Shown here one piece after another: positions 48,386-60,900 of a stretch of DNA of 64,000 nt. This DNA comes from Macrostomum hystrix. Its lineage: Eukaryota; Animalia; Platyhelminthes. The translations under genes and the position numbers were made by a program. The stretch's first letter is position 1. Each line of letters starts with the position of its first letter. The stretch is from positions 34,720,001-34,784,000 of the forward strand of contig CATNEN010000038.1 in assembly GCA_950097015.1 (NCBI GenBank), in the 5' to 3' direction. Below the pieces are notes generated by a model. That model saw only the letters and a list, made by a program, of their open reading frames with translations, was not told where the DNA came from and did no database searches.

Positions 48386-48569
48386 TTGACCACAAACAAG
48401 TTTAAAGTTTAGGCCACTTGAATTTATGAAATTAACACCGTTTCGCGACTTTGAGTACGAGAGTACTCTCAGAAACTCATTTAGGGAACAATATGAGTTA
48501 ATAGAGTCATCGACTTTAAAAAATGCTTAAGCAGTTCTTCTGGATTCTCATTAACACCAGTTTTTTTCA

Positions 48570-48583
48570 GTTTCCTAGGCAAC
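48570..48583. promoter_or_regulatory. RFX X-box GTTTCCTAGGCAAC
   Basis: Matches GTTNCC-NN-RGCAAC; about 2.4 kb upstream of the minus-strand orphan ATG at 46193. Confidence 0.45.
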
Positions 48584-48899
48584 CGTTTTCTTTTTGAAGC
48601 CTCACAAAAAGGAAAAAAGTGATTATAGAAATTTTGAGACCTACATCTCCACTAAAGGAAATTTGCGACACTTAAGACATTGGGTGTTTTTTTCTTTTGA
48701 ATTGCTTCAGTTTGCTTGATTCACTACTCCGATTGGCCACCTCACTGAGTCAATTCAAGCACTGAAAGCTTAAGTTTTGTTTAACACAGTGCCTGTTATA
48801 GTTTTTACTTAAATACGTCAGTAATTTTGTATTCTTGACTATCGAAAGATGACATAAATCATCTAAAAACCTTTAAAAGTGTCCTATTTTGAGTCAGCG

Positions 48900-50212
48900 A
48901 AGAGATGAGACAATGGAGAGACGGGACAGTGGGGGGATGAGACAGGAGGAGATGAGACAAGGGAGATATGGGACAGTGGGGGGATGAGACAGGGGGAGAT
49001 GAGACAAGGGAAAGATGAGACAAGGTAGAGATGAGACAAAGGAGAGATGAGACAAGGGAGATATGAGACAAAGGAGAGTTGAAACAAAGGAGATATGGGA
49101 TAGTGGGGGGATGAGACATGGGGAGAGATGAGACAAGGGAGAGATGAGACAAAGGAGAGATGAAACAAGGGAGAGATGAGACAGTGGGAGATGAGAGAAG
49201 GGAGAGATGAGACAAGGGAGAGATGAGACAGGGAGAGATGAGACAAGGGAGAGATGACACAAGGGAGAGATGACACAAGGGAGAGATGAGACAGGGGGAG
49301 ATGAGAGAAGGGAGAGATGAGAAACGGGAGATACGGGACAGTGGAGAGATGAGACAGGGAGAGATGAGACAAGGGAGAGATGAGACAAAAGAGAGATGAA
49401 ACAAGGGAGATATGGGACAGTGGAGGAATGAGACAGGGGGAGAGATCAGACAAGGGAGAGATGACACAAGGGAGAGATGAGACAAGGGAGAGATGAGACA
49501 AGGGAGAGATGAGACAAGGGAGAGATGAGACAATGGAGAGATGACACAAGGGAGAGATGAGACAAGGGAGAGATGAGACAAGGGAGAGATGAGACAATGG
49601 AGATATGAGAAACTGGAGATATGGGACAGTGGAGGGATGAGACAGGGGGAGAAATGAGACAAGGGAGAGATGACACAAGGGAGAGATGACACAAGGGAGA
49701 GATGAGACAAGGGAGAGATGAGACAATGGAGAGATGAGACAAGGGAGATATGAGACAAAGGAGAGTTAAAACAAAGGAGATATGGGATAGTGGGGGGATG
49801 AGACATGGGGAGAGATGAGACAAGGGAGATATGGGGCAGTGGAGGAATGAGACACGGGGAGAGATGAGACAAAGGAGAGATGAGACAATGGAGATATGAG
49901 AAACTGGAGATATGGGACAGTGGAGGGATGAGACAGGGGGACAAATGAGACAAGGGAGAGATGACACAAGGGAGAGATGAGACAATGGAGAGATGAGACA
50001 AAGGAGAGATGAGACAAGGGAGATATGAGAAACGGGAGATATGGGACAGTGGAGGGATGAGACAGGGGGACAAATGAGACAAGGGAGAGATGACACAAGG
50101 AAGAGATGAGACAATGGAGAGATGAGACAAAGGAGAGATGAGACAATGGAGATATGAGAAACGGGAGATATGGGACAGTGGAGGGATGAGACAGGGGGAG
50201 AAATGAGACATC
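48900..50212. repeat. Purine-rich 16-bp satellite (GAGATGAGACAAGGGA)n with higher-order blocks
   Basis: Tandem units, same core as the MITE-internal repeat at 13200. Confidence 0.95.
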
Positions 50213-51496
50213 TTTAGCACGTGTTCTGGATTGTGGAGAAAAAAATTGGGTTCTTTTAAGACCCTGTGATCTACTGTTAAAGGCTCCCACACTTTGTAAA
50301 CAAACAATCACAAACACAAGTATCTGCCCAAAATAGTACAACAGATTGTTGTGTAATATGAGAAGAGAATATGCAATAGAGCTGCTTCTATGATCATCAT
50401 TTATTTTGATAAGTTTAATATTGTCAAAATCGAGAGCAAGGCTACAACAGATCGCGTTTACTAAAAGCAAGGTTATTAGTATAACAGCTCTTATTATCAA
50501 ATAGTAGAGGTATGTACTCGTATGAGCGGTTCTGTTCCAACAAGCATCACCAGCTACTAAAAGCAGCAATTATCGGGTCGTGAAATGTTATTGTACGCAA
50601 AACAAGAAAATGTTGGAGGCTCAGAGCTCAGATGCTAGCTGCAGAAGTCCATGCGTAAGCTTATCCGAGCCCTAAAATGGCCATTTTAACAAAAGCCATT
50701 TTGCAGTACGTTTTTATACCAAAGCGAGTGGAAACCCCCCCTAAAAAATTGGCAGCGCCTGAACGCTAACAGCGTTGGGTGGAGACTGATTGGTTGACAG
50801 ACTAGGCGATGGTGTCCTGTGGTTGAGCTGCGCCTAATATTTAGGCTTGATCAGTGAAATTGGAGAAATTCACGTCAGGGTGTCCATAGTGGCATTTTTT
50901 CCATCTGTTGTAGCCCTTGAAGGTCCAGCAAAGCCATCTAGATAAAATTAGGTGACCACCGAAGACGGAGATGATGCAAGCACATTCGGGTGACATGCTG
51001 ATACATTTTGAAGACCTGGCAAAGCCACACTGAGGCACAGTGCTAATTTCTGTATAGGGGGGTATGAAAAATACCAGCGCATATGGGAAAAATCTGACCT
51101 TCGGACAGAACCATTGAATATATCGACGGTCTGAAGAGCTGGTGACTTGATTCTTGTTTCAGAAGATGCGCAACAAAAAGTTGTTCCGATCGGGTGCAGC
51201 TCAAAATTGTCAGAGGGGGAAATTCCCCCCCCCCTAGTATTTCTACTGCTGTTATTGAATGGCCATTGAACAATCTGTCAGAGCGTCCAACATATTTTGG
51301 CGTCCAGGTGTTTTAGTAAGAAATTACGAGTGTTCTGTAAAAGAATTGCAGTGAAAGCATATTCTACATACTTTGCTAAGCTTACGCGTTTGGTGCAGCC
51401 TCTAAAGCCACTCCTTCTCGTTACTTCTATCTACAAAAGAGTATTTGATCACTATCATTCGAGTCTTTACGAAACTCCAAGAGCTCGGTGATGGAG

Positions 51497-53469
51497 CTAG
51501 AACTCTGTGGCCGCGGTAGCGCGTTTTTCAAACGCAGTCTCGCTCGAAACACTGCCAGTGTTTTCCCAGGCCTTCTTAACGCTCGCATGACTGGCTGACT
51601 GATCCCTGACCTGGGACTTTCTGCGCTGTAGCCTCGCGAGCATGAGGAAGAGCAGCTGCATGAACTCTGTGCACGAAATGATGCTCAGACCAGCCCACAG
51701 ACCTGCATGGCGAGAATTCGAACTAATAATGACAACGTGGAACTGATAAATCAACCAATTAGAAAATGGCCATTCCAAAAGAACTCACCGAGAACTCCAC
51801 CAACATCGGACCAGAACTGCTCAGGTGGATAGGAGAGCTTCTCAACAGTGCTCACGCCTTCATTTCCGTTGGCCATAAATACAACTCGCGTGTACAGCAG
51901 CTTGACACCTTCAGGGCTGAACAGCGACTTGCCGACGTGCTCCAAGTCGCCATAGTAGACGCCATTGTTCTTTGCCCATTCGATGTACTTGCTGCTTGTA
52001 ACAGACATCTCGTCTAATTTGGCCTGGAGGTTGGTGTCGCTCAGCTCCGAGATGAAATTGGTGGACAGGCTGCTAAATGGGTAGGTCACGGTCTCGCAGG
52101 GCTTCAGGCAACTGTCCTTGTAGCTGGTGTCACGGGCCAGTAGCGCCTCGGCGTTTTTGTGACACTCGCGTCGAGAGATGACACCGGAGGCTTTCCCCAA
52201 AGACAGCGGATCGAGATAGGTTGTGTTCCATTTACTCCAGTAGGAGTAGTTGCAAGGCACCGTCTGATTCGCTGTGGCATTCCAGCAGAATGTAGAATTT
52301 AATTTCATCGAAAAAAGATCTACGTACTGAACTGTTCTATTATCAATTTTCGTGTAGGGATACATGATCAGGCTAGGATCTAGGTCATGACAGTAGGGCT
52401 TGTAATTGGCCAGCGAAGCTGGCACTAGGTACTTCTCAGATAAGCAGGAGCATCGGCTGACTATGATCTCCTGGGCTTTGACACTCTCGCAGGCGTCCTT
52501 CGTGTAGGCGAAAGTTCTGAGCTTGTCATATTGCAGCAGGCTTATCGGGCTTGGGTTCTCGGCGCAGTTCTTAACCGGCGAGTTGATTGACTGCGAGCGC
52601 TCGATGCCGACGCTAATTGCATAGTTGCGGGTCGCTGACACCTGCACATCCTGTGAATGATCCGGGACGGTGTTTGGCGGATGGACGTACATGGAGTAGC
52701 CAAAATTGAAGTTGAACCTCTCCATATTAGTCACGACCATGTAGTACGGCACAGACTGGCTCTGCACAAAGATGAAGGAGAAAAGCACCATGTCCAGAGC
52801 GCTCTGCTGGCCGGCCTGGTAGACGCGCCTGTTCGACATCGACACTGTGACGCAGGCTTCGCTCAGCGGATCAAAGAAGATCGTCATATTCCATGGGCCG
52901 CATTGTTCGCCTTTGAAGTTGCAGTACATGACGGTAGTCACCGGGTTGCGCGTTGTGTTGGACTCTACAGTGTACTTGCGAAACGAATATCGAGCTATTT
53001 CCGGAGCGTCGAGGCCCTCACCAGCCGCCGTCCAGAAGTCGAATGCGTTGCGGAAGGCTGTTTGAACGCTAATACCGTTACCAAGGGACGGCACCGTGAC
53101 GTTAGCGTCCTTTGTACAGGCCAAATCGCGGCGGCACCAGACGGAGTCGTGGTACGGCTGATTCGGACAGAATGTCACATCGGGCAGGATGAATGGCTCA
53201 CTTTTGTACTTGGTCTCCACAGTGACAGTGTACTGCAGATAGTTTATGGCCAGGAGTATGATGTGCACACTGAATGCTATCAGGGCGCAACAGATGATTA
53301 GCAACCAGAGTCGACGCACAGATTTGTTTTGCACGCGCAACTTGTGAAAGCCGTGGGCCGTGGTGTGCTCCAGGAAGCTACTCAGGACTGGCTCCTGCAG
53401 CTGGTCGACAGCTTCAGCTTCTGCTTCTGCCGACTCGTTGCGGGGATTCTCTTGCGAATTGTTCAGCAT
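51497..53469 (-). CDS. DEG/ENaC (amiloride-sensitive sodium channel family) subunit 1, ~628 aa
   Basis: Exons 53469-51789 and 51702-51497 (phase 1). TTAHGF pre-TM1 HG motif, TM1, LPDVTFC, Cys-rich thumb (CSC...CLKPC), FWSDVGGVLG|LWAGLSIISCTEF with GxS filter. Confidence 0.93.
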
Positions 53470-54178
53470 TGCAGTGGGTATCAAAGCAAGTCTGCAGATT
53501 GAAGAACCCGGATGTCTAGTAAAATGACGGCATTTAAGACAGCAATAAATCGAAACTTACCGGCGATTGCTTCTCACTTGCTCAGATTGCCGACTGGTTG
53601 TTAGCACCTGCCCACGACTGCAATTTAAGCTGTGTCCGATTCTAATTTGCGAATCTCTCACAGGTGGGCCCGCGCATGTTTGGCCTCTTTTGTCGGCCTC
53701 CGTCTCTGGCGACGAAATTAACTTAGCCGCGAGCAAAGTTTCTGACCAGCGCTGGCTTCCTAAAAAAGCAACGCGTGGGTGAGAGAAGAGTTTAGGAAGA
53801 AGGCAGCGAGGTCTCTTGCATTTCGATTGGCCGATCGACTTTGGTTTGCACAGAAGGCTGGATTAGCATCTGGAGTGGCCTTCGATGTCGAGAAACTGAG
53901 CCCAGTTTGTTGGTAGAAAATTAGATTGCCCAAGCAGGTGTTCCCACACGAACGAAGAGCCTAACTTTTTTTCAGAAGAAAATTAGAAATCCTCCAACTC
54001 AACATGGATCGATGGCGCCTACTGTTTTTCCATTTTCTCATTGCCCGGTTAACGAAGCAGCAATTTCGGAAAGAAAAGCTTTCAGGCGCCTGCGAGTCGT
54101 TGCTTGAGTCGACTGGAGAGAGGGCGCGATTCCCTCTGCCATTTAATTATTCAGAGTTTAGAATGGCTTCCTCGCAGT

Positions 54179-54192
54179 GTTTCCATAGCAAC
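54179..54192. promoter_or_regulatory. RFX X-box GTTTCCATAGCAAC between the divergent DEG/ENaC genes
   Basis: Canonical X-box roughly midway between ATGs 53469 and 54852; CCAAT at about 54203. Confidence 0.65.
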
Positions 54193-54609
54193 GTCATTGC
54201 TACCAATCACAAAGTCTACTATTCCACGCGAAGTTTTTTTAAAGACTTCAACCACCTGCGTAGAAGACTGCTCGGCGTCAACTTGATTAGGACTCTCTCC
54301 TTGACGGAACGATTGGACCACCCACGAACTATTTTCCCTGGCTCTCTCACCCTGGGTTTGCAGAACATCTGTCACAGGCTCTCAGGCTCCGGTAGTCAAG
54401 GACAACTAACTAATAAAGAGCCGAACTCGTGATCATTTGTACGGCCGTGCAACCTGAGAACCGGCTGGGAAAAGGAACCAGGTAGGCTGATTCTGTTATC
54501 GGTATAGATATATCATTGTTTCTGAATGTCTCAAGAACAAACAGCCAAGAACTAAGTACAGGTAAGCAGTGACTTTCGTAAAATTAAAGGAAGTTTCTTA
54601 GAAATAGTA

Positions 54610-54780
54610 AGGGTTGTAGACAGAGGTTAGAGCGTCGGACTCACGACTTGAAGGTCAGAGGTTCGATTCACCGACTCCACTGGAACAATTTGTGTTCCTT
54701 AGCAAGACCGCTGCTAAATAGGTACAAGTATCAGCTGGGGTAATTGAGGGTGGAAGTGGCGTCCCCCCAGTCCATGGAGT
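54610..54780 (+). mobile_element. SINE family B (CORE-SINE) partial copy in a probable 5'UTR intron (54562-54850)
   Basis: Collinear with 61528-61842. Confidence 0.85.
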
Positions 54781-54851
54781 TTTCTTGTGAATCCTCATCT
54801 TATAGAATTTTTCTGTTAAAAACTATCAACAACTCACTATGCTTTTGTAGG

Positions 54852-56687
54852 ATGAACATGGATGAGACAGGCCAGGAATACAATAAAGACGATAGGCAAA
54901 CTGGCATTGACTCCAACCGCTGGCCAGACAAGACCACGCATCCGGACGAAAAGGGAGGTGCTGAAATTGTGTCGGAGTTTTTCGTGACCACAACAGCCCA
55001 CGGCTTTCTTCATATTGTACAAAACACGTTGACTATTCGAATCGTCTGGGCTCTGCTAATCATGGGCGCTTTCGGCGTGTTCGGATTCCACCTGAGCACC
55101 CTGGTGGACAAGTACCTGTCGTATCCGCTGACAACCGAGATTCGGTTCTCTGAGGTAGAATTCGAATTTCCTGACGTCACCGCCTGCTTGACGACCAAGT
55201 ATCGACACTGCGTTAACATTGATTCTAGCACTTCACCCGTGGGTCTTGTGACTACTAGCACTGTTCCCAGCCTCGGAAACTACAGCTTTTGGGCTGCGCT
55301 CAACAATACATTCACGTTTTGGAAGCAGGCGTACGGCTTGCGAGACGATCTGCTAATAAAGTACAGCACCGTGGGCATGCGCGGCTACACCTACGAGATC
55401 AACATAACCAATCGACGCACCGACATTGCCACCGGCATCGAATACAAGCAGGTGCCGTTCAATCTCGACGATGTTGTCTCCTACGACGATCCTGAGCAGT
55501 TCCGCTGCACAACCATTCGCCCAAAGGATCGCACAATCACTTCTGTCAATGACGCAATGGGTCTCATCTTCAGCATTTTCGATCGATACTTGGGAAATTC
55601 AACGACGCCACTGATCGATCGCTCCTGGACGGCGGGCGTGCGTGTGGCGCTGAGCGAGCCGAACGCCAGGCCCAACCTAATCAGCTCGTTTATTGTGCAA
55701 ACTGGCACCATCAAGCATGCCAAGGTGTCCATGACCAGACAGGAGAAGAGAAAAACGCCTAAGCAGGCCTGTGTGGAAAGCTCCAACGATCTCCCAATTA
55801 AAGTGCTGAATCCAGACGGCACACTGTCAAGCTATCGCTACACGCAGTCCGACTGCAGAGAACTTGAGCTGCAGAAGCACATCCTGAAGAACTGTGGCTG
55901 CGTTAGCAACTTCAAACTAGTCCCAGCAGAGCTAAAATCACACCCCGGAGGTTTAAAGTACTGCCTTGATTTGGACCCCTCGATACTGAAAGCCAGGCAG
56001 ATTTTCACGCAAAATAATTCCTCTAATGGTACTGCTACACTTCTTGTTCAATTGTTTAACGGCTCCATTGTTACCATGGGCTCAATTTTGGAGGCCACAG
56101 GATTCCGTGCCCAGCACGAGTGCCACTTGAAAGCCTTGGGCGACTTTGTAGCCTCATCGGAAACCTGCCTGCCCAGCTGCATCGCCTATACCTACCAGGC
56201 TTACTCATCAGAGTCGCTGTGGCCATTTCAGATAGATGACTATGTCGCCAACCGGGTGCTGACCTTGTTCCGTTCGACCTACAACTATAGCTTAGAGAAT
56301 GGGCTCCCTGTGCCGCTGTTCAAGTGCTTTGAGGCCGTGCCGATGACATCGAAAAGCTACTGGAAGATGCTCGGCTACTTCAACCGGCTGGTCCTGGCTC
56401 CCAACAGTCTCCGAGGGACCCAGTACCAGGAGAAGGAGAGCTATACACTGGCTGGTCTGTTTTCAAACATGGGCGGAATCCTTGGTGAGTACAATCGTTG
56501 TCTACTCGTAAGTATGCGAAACAACTAACCTACTGAGTTTGAAATAAGTGGGTTAAAACAAATGCCCTATGAAACCATTGGTTTTGCAGGACTGTACGTT
56601 GGAGTCAGCGTAATTTCAGTTTGCGAAGTTCTCGAACTGCTAACCCTGCTAGTGGTCAACTGGTTCGGGCGAAAGAACAAGGCTTGA
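54852..56687 (+). CDS. DEG/ENaC subunit 2, ~576 aa
   Basis: Exons 54852-56484 and 56590-56687 (phase 1). TTAHGF, FPDVTAC, CGC...CLPSC, LFSNMGGILG|LYVGVSVISVCEVLEL. Confidence 0.93.
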
Positions 56688-57147
56688 TGACACTCAATGT
56701 CACTGAGTGGGATTGTTTAAACTATGAGAGGTTCTTGTTGGTTCGGCTATTTTCTCTTTTCCTATTCATATTCATTTATTCATTTAAATCCCCCGTATTT
56801 GTTCCTGCATCGTATTGATTAGTACCTATCCTATTGCTACCACAATTTACGATTCAGCATGTGTGAAAAAGCGATTTTCACTATACAAATCGATGATATT
56901 GCTGCACCTCAGCATCGTTTTGCACATCGTTTTCTCAAATTTTCGACCGAAAACTTTTATCTCCCATGCTTAAATATTTTCTGAATAAATTCCTCGAAAT
57001 TTTCACACACATGCAAACTTTCTTTTTTTAACTACGTGTGATCAAAATTTACTTCGTTTCATTAGCTTTTTTGGGCGTATGGACCATAGGGGCAGGGTGA
57101 TGTGGGCCATTGTCCTTTAATAATAAGACTGACGCTCCTTAAATTAC

Positions 57148-57482
57148 TGATTGCGTCAACTAAATCCACGATTGCGTCAACCAAATACAAGGTTGCGTCA
57201 ACCAAATCTACGATTGCATCAACCAAATACAAGGTTGCGTCATCCAAATCTAGGGTTGGGCCAACCGAATTCTCGGTCGCGTCACACAAAATCCAAGGTT
57301 GCACCTACTCAATTCACGGTTGCGTCAACCAAATCCACGATTGCGTCAACCAAATCTGCGGTTGTGTCAACCAAATCTACGGTTGGGCCAACCGAATCTA
57401 CGGTTGGGCCAACCGTCGAATTCTCGGTTGCGTCAACGAAATCCAAGGTTGCACCAACTCAATCCATGGTTGCGCCAACCAC
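57148..57482. repeat. 21-bp minisatellite (GGTTGCGTCAACCAAATCTAC)n
   Basis: About 15 diverged units, each with GGTTG-N3-CAACC dyad. Confidence 0.88.
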
Positions 57483-57962
57483 GATGACACGATTTCGGTC
57501 CAAGCCGTTCGGTATGGGTGTGGGGCTATAAAAGGGCAGTCAGGAAAAGGTTAGGTATGTTTGTAGTCGACAATAAATAGCAGATGAGATAGCAAAGCAG
57601 ATTTTTCACTAATTTCTAAATACTGCTGAAAGGAGTTTTAATCGGCTAAATCTAGCTAGGCTTAAAGTGTCTTCAGCTTACATTTTTGTATAAACTTGCA
57701 CTTAGCTTGCTTGAAGTTATTTTTAGATAAATTTGATACACAGGTTTGACCACACACTCATGCATAAATCGTCTGTACGCCACTGTGCCTCGAATAAGTT
57801 GAACCCTCTGACCTCCTCTGATATATTTTTGCTGAGCAATGTGATTGCCTTATCACCTATTACGTAGACTCGTATTCTAAACTGGCACTCCAATGTATAA
57901 AAATAGACGAGTCGAGAGTCTAGGCTAGCCAATTCAAAAGTGAAGTGAAGAAAAGAAAGACA

Positions 57963-60900
57963 ATGAAAAAAGTGCACGAAGCGAGACCGGCTGTGACAAG
58001 GACCTGGGTTGTCCTGCGAGTCGGCAGCGTTGCGCTCAGCTTCGTCCTGCTGCTCTCCAGCTACTATGGCATCAAGTTCATGCAGAGCTCCATCAATGCT
58101 GAGCAGGGCCTGGGTACTGCCAGTCTGGCTGTTGTGTACGCATCAGTGCTGTTCTCATCGCTGGTGCTGGCCAATCCGCTGGTTGAGACAATCGGTCCAA
58201 AGCACTGCCTTTCATTTGCCATGCTTGGCTATATGAGCTACATCGCCTTCAATGCTTATCCGTCATTCTACACTCTGATACCCGCATCCGTTGTGGTTGG
58301 GCTTTGCTCTGCACCCTTGTGGGCCAGCATAGCAAAGTACAACATGCAGCTGGCTGAGCTATATTCAACAGCTTCTGCTGGGGCGACAACCAAATCACTG
58401 ACGGCCTCGTCTGCTCTGGTGTTTGGACTGTTCTACGCAATCTCCAATACCTGTGAGTTGCTTTCTAATCATCCAAGTACTTTGAACTGGATAATTAACA
58501 GCTACAAAACCTTGCAGCATACCTCTGGGGCAACCTTATCACCTTCTTGACATTGCGCTCCGACACGCATTCGACAATGAACATGACGGTGTCACCGACA
58601 GCTGCCAGCACTGAGCTGCGCTGCGGCAGCAGATTCTGTCATAGCGAAGTCGGATCCGGCTCTCGAATTGTGAAGCCAACTGAGGACAAGGTAGGATGAA
58701 CATTGCAATACCAGGAACAGGAAGTTTCAGTATTTGCACTTCACATGCTGGGAATTATGGCTAAGCGCCGCCGCGGATTTGCGGGCAGCGCCACCGGGGA
58801 TTTGTGGGCTGCGCCACCGGGGATTTGTGGGCTGCGCCACCGTGGATATGTGGGCTGCGCCACCGGGGATTTGTGGGCTGCGCCACCGGGGATTTGTGGG
58901 CTGCGCCACAGGGGATTTGTGGGCTGCGCCACCGGGGATTTGTGGGCTGCGCCACCGGGGATTTGTGGGCTGCGCCACCGGGGATTTGTGGGCTGCGCCA
59001 CAGGGGATTTGTGGGCTGCGCCACCGGGGATTTGTGGGCTGCGCCACCGTGGATTTGTGGGCTGCGCCACCGGGGATTTTCGGGCTATGGATTGGGGGTT
59101 TTGGATTCAGGCGGAGGCGCCACAGAAGATTCAAATCGATTTGAGGGTCCATTTGGGGCCGATTGGGGGAGCCCACCTCTTCCTGACCAGACTGTCGTGG
59201 ACTAAAAAACGTATCAAAATCTCATTGAAACCTGGAAGCTGTTCATCATGGTCGGCTGCTTCCTAGCCAGCTCAACGGCGGCAGTGCTAATTGTCACCTT
59301 CCTGGTGCCATCGCTTGACAGTATTGCTTGCCAACCAGCGGAGCGTGCCACCACATCGGTACTAGGAAAGCTCAGCAGAACGGCTCGGCAGTTGATCCGG
59401 CCGCGCCAGCTGCTAATGACGCCACAGCTCATTAATGTCGGCCTGTCGCAGTCATTCGCCCAAGGGGAGTTTACTCAGGTAAATGCACTCAATATTGAAT
59501 GAAAATTCGAATTTAGAGAATCCATAAAACTCTACTTGATGAAACTTTCGCAGGCTTTCGTGGCTTGCAGCCAGGGCGTCGCCTTTGTCGGCTTTGTGAT
59601 GATGTGCTACGGCGGCAGCCAGATTCTGTCGTCACTGGTGTTTGGAAAGCTTGCGGAAGTCTTTAACAAGCAGGCATGCGTTTACATAGGTGAGATGTAA
59701 CTCATAGATAAGTGAAAAATCGGATTTTCTGAAAAATACTCGTACCATTCTCTAAACACTGCTAACTAGCGAATATAATACAATACACAAAACTGGGGGT
59801 GGGTGGCAGTGCGGTTAACGCGTTTGCCTCTAGCACCAAGGTCCTGAGTTCCATTCCGCGGCGAGGCCACATTCATTTTAGGCGCAGCCGCGGAGAGAAG
59901 GCTTGGGGGCTTGTCGTGCAATTTTCGACCTTGAGGGCCAACCTCCAAGGCACTGTGAGAGTGTACAGTGTCTGACGATGAGAAAGTCAATGCATGCAGA
60001 TGTACACACCTGTGTGAGTGTGTGCGCTCAGGAGTCAGCGAAATGAATTCAATGAATTAGCGGAATCCTCACTGGCTGTGGGTCTACTTTTTCACAGTCT
60101 CTCTGTGATTATTTAATTAAATGTTATGGTGACAAAACGATTGGTGTAATCGACCGCACTACACTACTCAACAGTAGAACTACCAAGGGCGGATTTTCCC
60201 CTTTGTATAAAACGGGCGGCAAGATGGCTTGGCAGTCCTACTGTTTAGAAGAATGACAAAAGGACAATACGTCCTTTTATTAAAGGCTGATTCTTAAAAA
60301 AGGACTTCAGCTTCAGAGCCACTTATGAGGAGCTTTGTTTTTTTCACTGGAATCGGAAACATTTTATCCTCTTTATGACGATATAGTCATTGGGTCGATC
60401 TTTTAACACCGTTATATTTTGAAGGATTATGAAAGGGCTCGCCACTGCTAATAGAAGTGACTAAAGGATAGACCACTGCACCCACTCCCGGCTTGAAGGT
60501 CCGTGGTTCGATTTCCGAATCGACTGAAAAAAGATGTGTCCTTTAGCAAGACACTTGATTCTCTACTGATTCAGCTTGCCCACCTGTTAAATGGGAACCA
60601 GCATCAGCCGGGGTAAATGAAGGTGGGTGTGGCATTTCCATGGGGAAAATAGGCTGCACATCTGTCCCGATTGGGGCAGGTGTCATCAATTACGATTCGA
60701 ACTATTGTACTACAATACAGAGAGCCAAATAGTACACTCAATCAAGAGTACTGTTTTGTCCATTTCAGCTACCACATGCCAACTAATAGTGGATCTATTT
60801 CTTCTGTTTTGGACTTTTGACGAGCATTCCGTTGCTGCTCTATTCCTGTGTTCCATTGTCTGCGGCACGGTGGACGCTGTGTGGAACTCTCAACTCTTGG

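Noticed and set aside
43174-50569. Long repetitive ORFs (IGICL, WDLSN, IIRQIP, SHLSS, LISPL)
   Set aside because: Frames of the 18-, 33- and 16-bp-type satellites; the first two lie inside introns of the gene on the minus strand.
54744-54851. N-terminal extension of DEG/ENaC-2 in the ORF track
   Set aside because: Starts at TTG inside a SINE in a probable intron; acceptor TAG|G precedes the ATG at 54852.
56857-57014. Inverted GCATGTGTGAAAA / TTTTCACACACATGC
   Set aside because: Short imperfect match, single copy, no TSD.
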